A DNA stretch of 48,647 nucleotides. Source: Bdellovibrionales bacterium. Lineage in GTDB: Bacteria; Bdellovibrionota; Bdellovibrionia; Bdellovibrionales; DASUEL01. The position numbers and the translations under genes are program-made. Below are positions 47,719 to 48,647 of this stretch, piece after piece. Position 1 is the stretch's first letter. Each line of letters begins with the position of its first letter. The DNA lies in the NCBI GenBank assembly GCA_050250255.1, contig JBFWOZ010000023.1, forward strand, positions 1 through 48,647, in the 5' to 3' direction. The notes beneath the pieces are model-generated. The model did not search any database. It saw only the letters and a program-made list of their open reading frames with translations, and was not told the origin of the DNA.

Positions 47719-48474
47719 ATGAAAGATTTGGATCGGGGAGTCGATCGACAATTTGCTGATAAGCTTGGGAAAATCATTGTTTGGTTTGGCAAAATCTATA
47801 ACGGATTTGAAGTGCATGGTATGCATCATATCCCGCTAGATCGGCCAGCGCTTTTGGTTTTTTATCATGGGCTCATTCCCATAGATGCTTGGTATTTTGG
47901 TCTTCATTTTTATCTCGAAAAGAAAGTTCTGATTCGTGCGTTAGGGGATCGATGGCTTTTTCGCACTCCAGGCTTAAGCTGGATTTGCCGAGCGGTGGGT
48001 GCGATCCCGGGTGACCCAAAAATTGCTGCGGCTTTATTGAAGAACGGCGCACTGGTGGGTGTTTCTCCCGGTGGCGTCCGCGAGGCCATCAAAGGGATGA
48101 GCAACAACTATAAACTCGTGTGGGGTGATCGCATGGGTTTTGCGAAAGTTGCGACAGAAGCACAAGTCGATGTGATTCCGGTCTTCACCGAAAACATTGA
48201 TGAAACTTATATCGCACCTTATGCTGAGCATCCTATCTTTCAGAGTCTTTACCATATGACACGACTCCCACTTGTCCCGATCTTAAGTTTATTTGGGCTA
48301 CCATTTCCGGTGAAATTGCGAACATGGGTTGGGGAACCGATTCGCTTTGATCCTGATCGCAGTGTGGAGGAATTGCGTGATCTGACCGCGCAGGCACTTA
48401 ACGAGTTGATCGAAAAGCATCAGACCAAAGATCAGACGGTTGTGGATGCTTTGAAGAAGCGGTTGGGGTTGTAG
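47719..48474 (+). CDS. Lysophospholipid/diacylglycerol acyltransferase (TMEM68/DGAT2-like)
   Basis: LVFYHG..PID, L..G..V.VSPGGVREA, Y.L.WG.R.GFAK.A, IPVFT.N, PVK.RT..GEPI. Confidence 0.8.
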   Translation: MKDLDRGVDRQFADKLGKIIVWFGKIYNGFEVHGMHHIPLDRPALLVFYHGLIPIDAWYFGLHFYLEKKVLIRALGDRWLFRTPGLSWICRAVGAIPGDPKIAAALLKNGALVGVSPGGVREAIKGMSNNYKLVWGDRMGFAKVATEAQVDVIPVFTENIDETYIAPYAEHPIFQSLYHMTRLPLVPILSLFGLPFPVKLRTWVGEPIRFDPDRSVEELRDLTAQALNELIEKHQTKDQTVVDALKKRLGL

Positions 48475-48535
48475 TTCACGACGAAGGTCTGTAAGAGCAT
48501 TCAGAGATGTGCTGCTTTTTCCGAAAAGCTACTCA

Positions 48536-48647
48536 GTGAAGTGTAAAATCATCTCATTATTTTTTATCATTTTTGTGCAGGCAGCGCACGCTGCAGACAA
48601 TGCCTTCAATTGTGTTCCTCTCACTCCAGAAAGAGTGGTTCCTTTAG
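48536..48647 (+). CDS. Probable secreted protein, 3'-truncated by window edge (not in ORF track)
   Basis: GTG start; MKCKIISLFFIIFVQAAHA-ADNAFNC... signal peptide with AxA site; frame open to the end; FliA-like TCAG-N15-TCCGAAAA upstream. Confidence 0.5.
   Translation, partial: MKCKIISLFFIIFVQAAHAADNAFNCVPLTPERVVPL

Overview
A 48.6 kb bacterial chromosomal window, densely coding, with no rRNA, tRNA, CRISPR array or transposase detected. Gene content suggests a Bdellovibrionota/Oligoflexia-like organism (inference): a stand-alone mitochondrial-type EF-G1, many secreted Cys-rich orphans and HExxH proteases, and FliA-like promoters. From left to right it carries prc; 2-oxoacid dehydrogenase E1 alpha/beta; a tandem array of four individually punctuated secreted M48-like metalloproteases; housekeeping and repair genes (MPG glycosylase, SSADH, cutA, fusA, recQ, pdxH, ung, folC, an LplT-acyltransferase fusion); and an ~18 kb phosphate cluster (ppk1-sixA, ppx, pstSCAB-phoU, phoX, phoBR) running into acs. 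Also present are two DUF4160-DUF2442 toxin-antitoxin-like cassettes and two copies of a ~55 bp REP-like palindrome. The best leads are the protease array with a mosaic active-site loop, a CinA(MocF)-GNAT fusion lacking PncC, the REP-like hairpin that supplies the recQ stop codon, a divergent Pho-box, repeated leaderless promoter architecture, and a tiny twin-Cx3C lipoprotein. All calls come from motif recognition by eye; no database searches were run.
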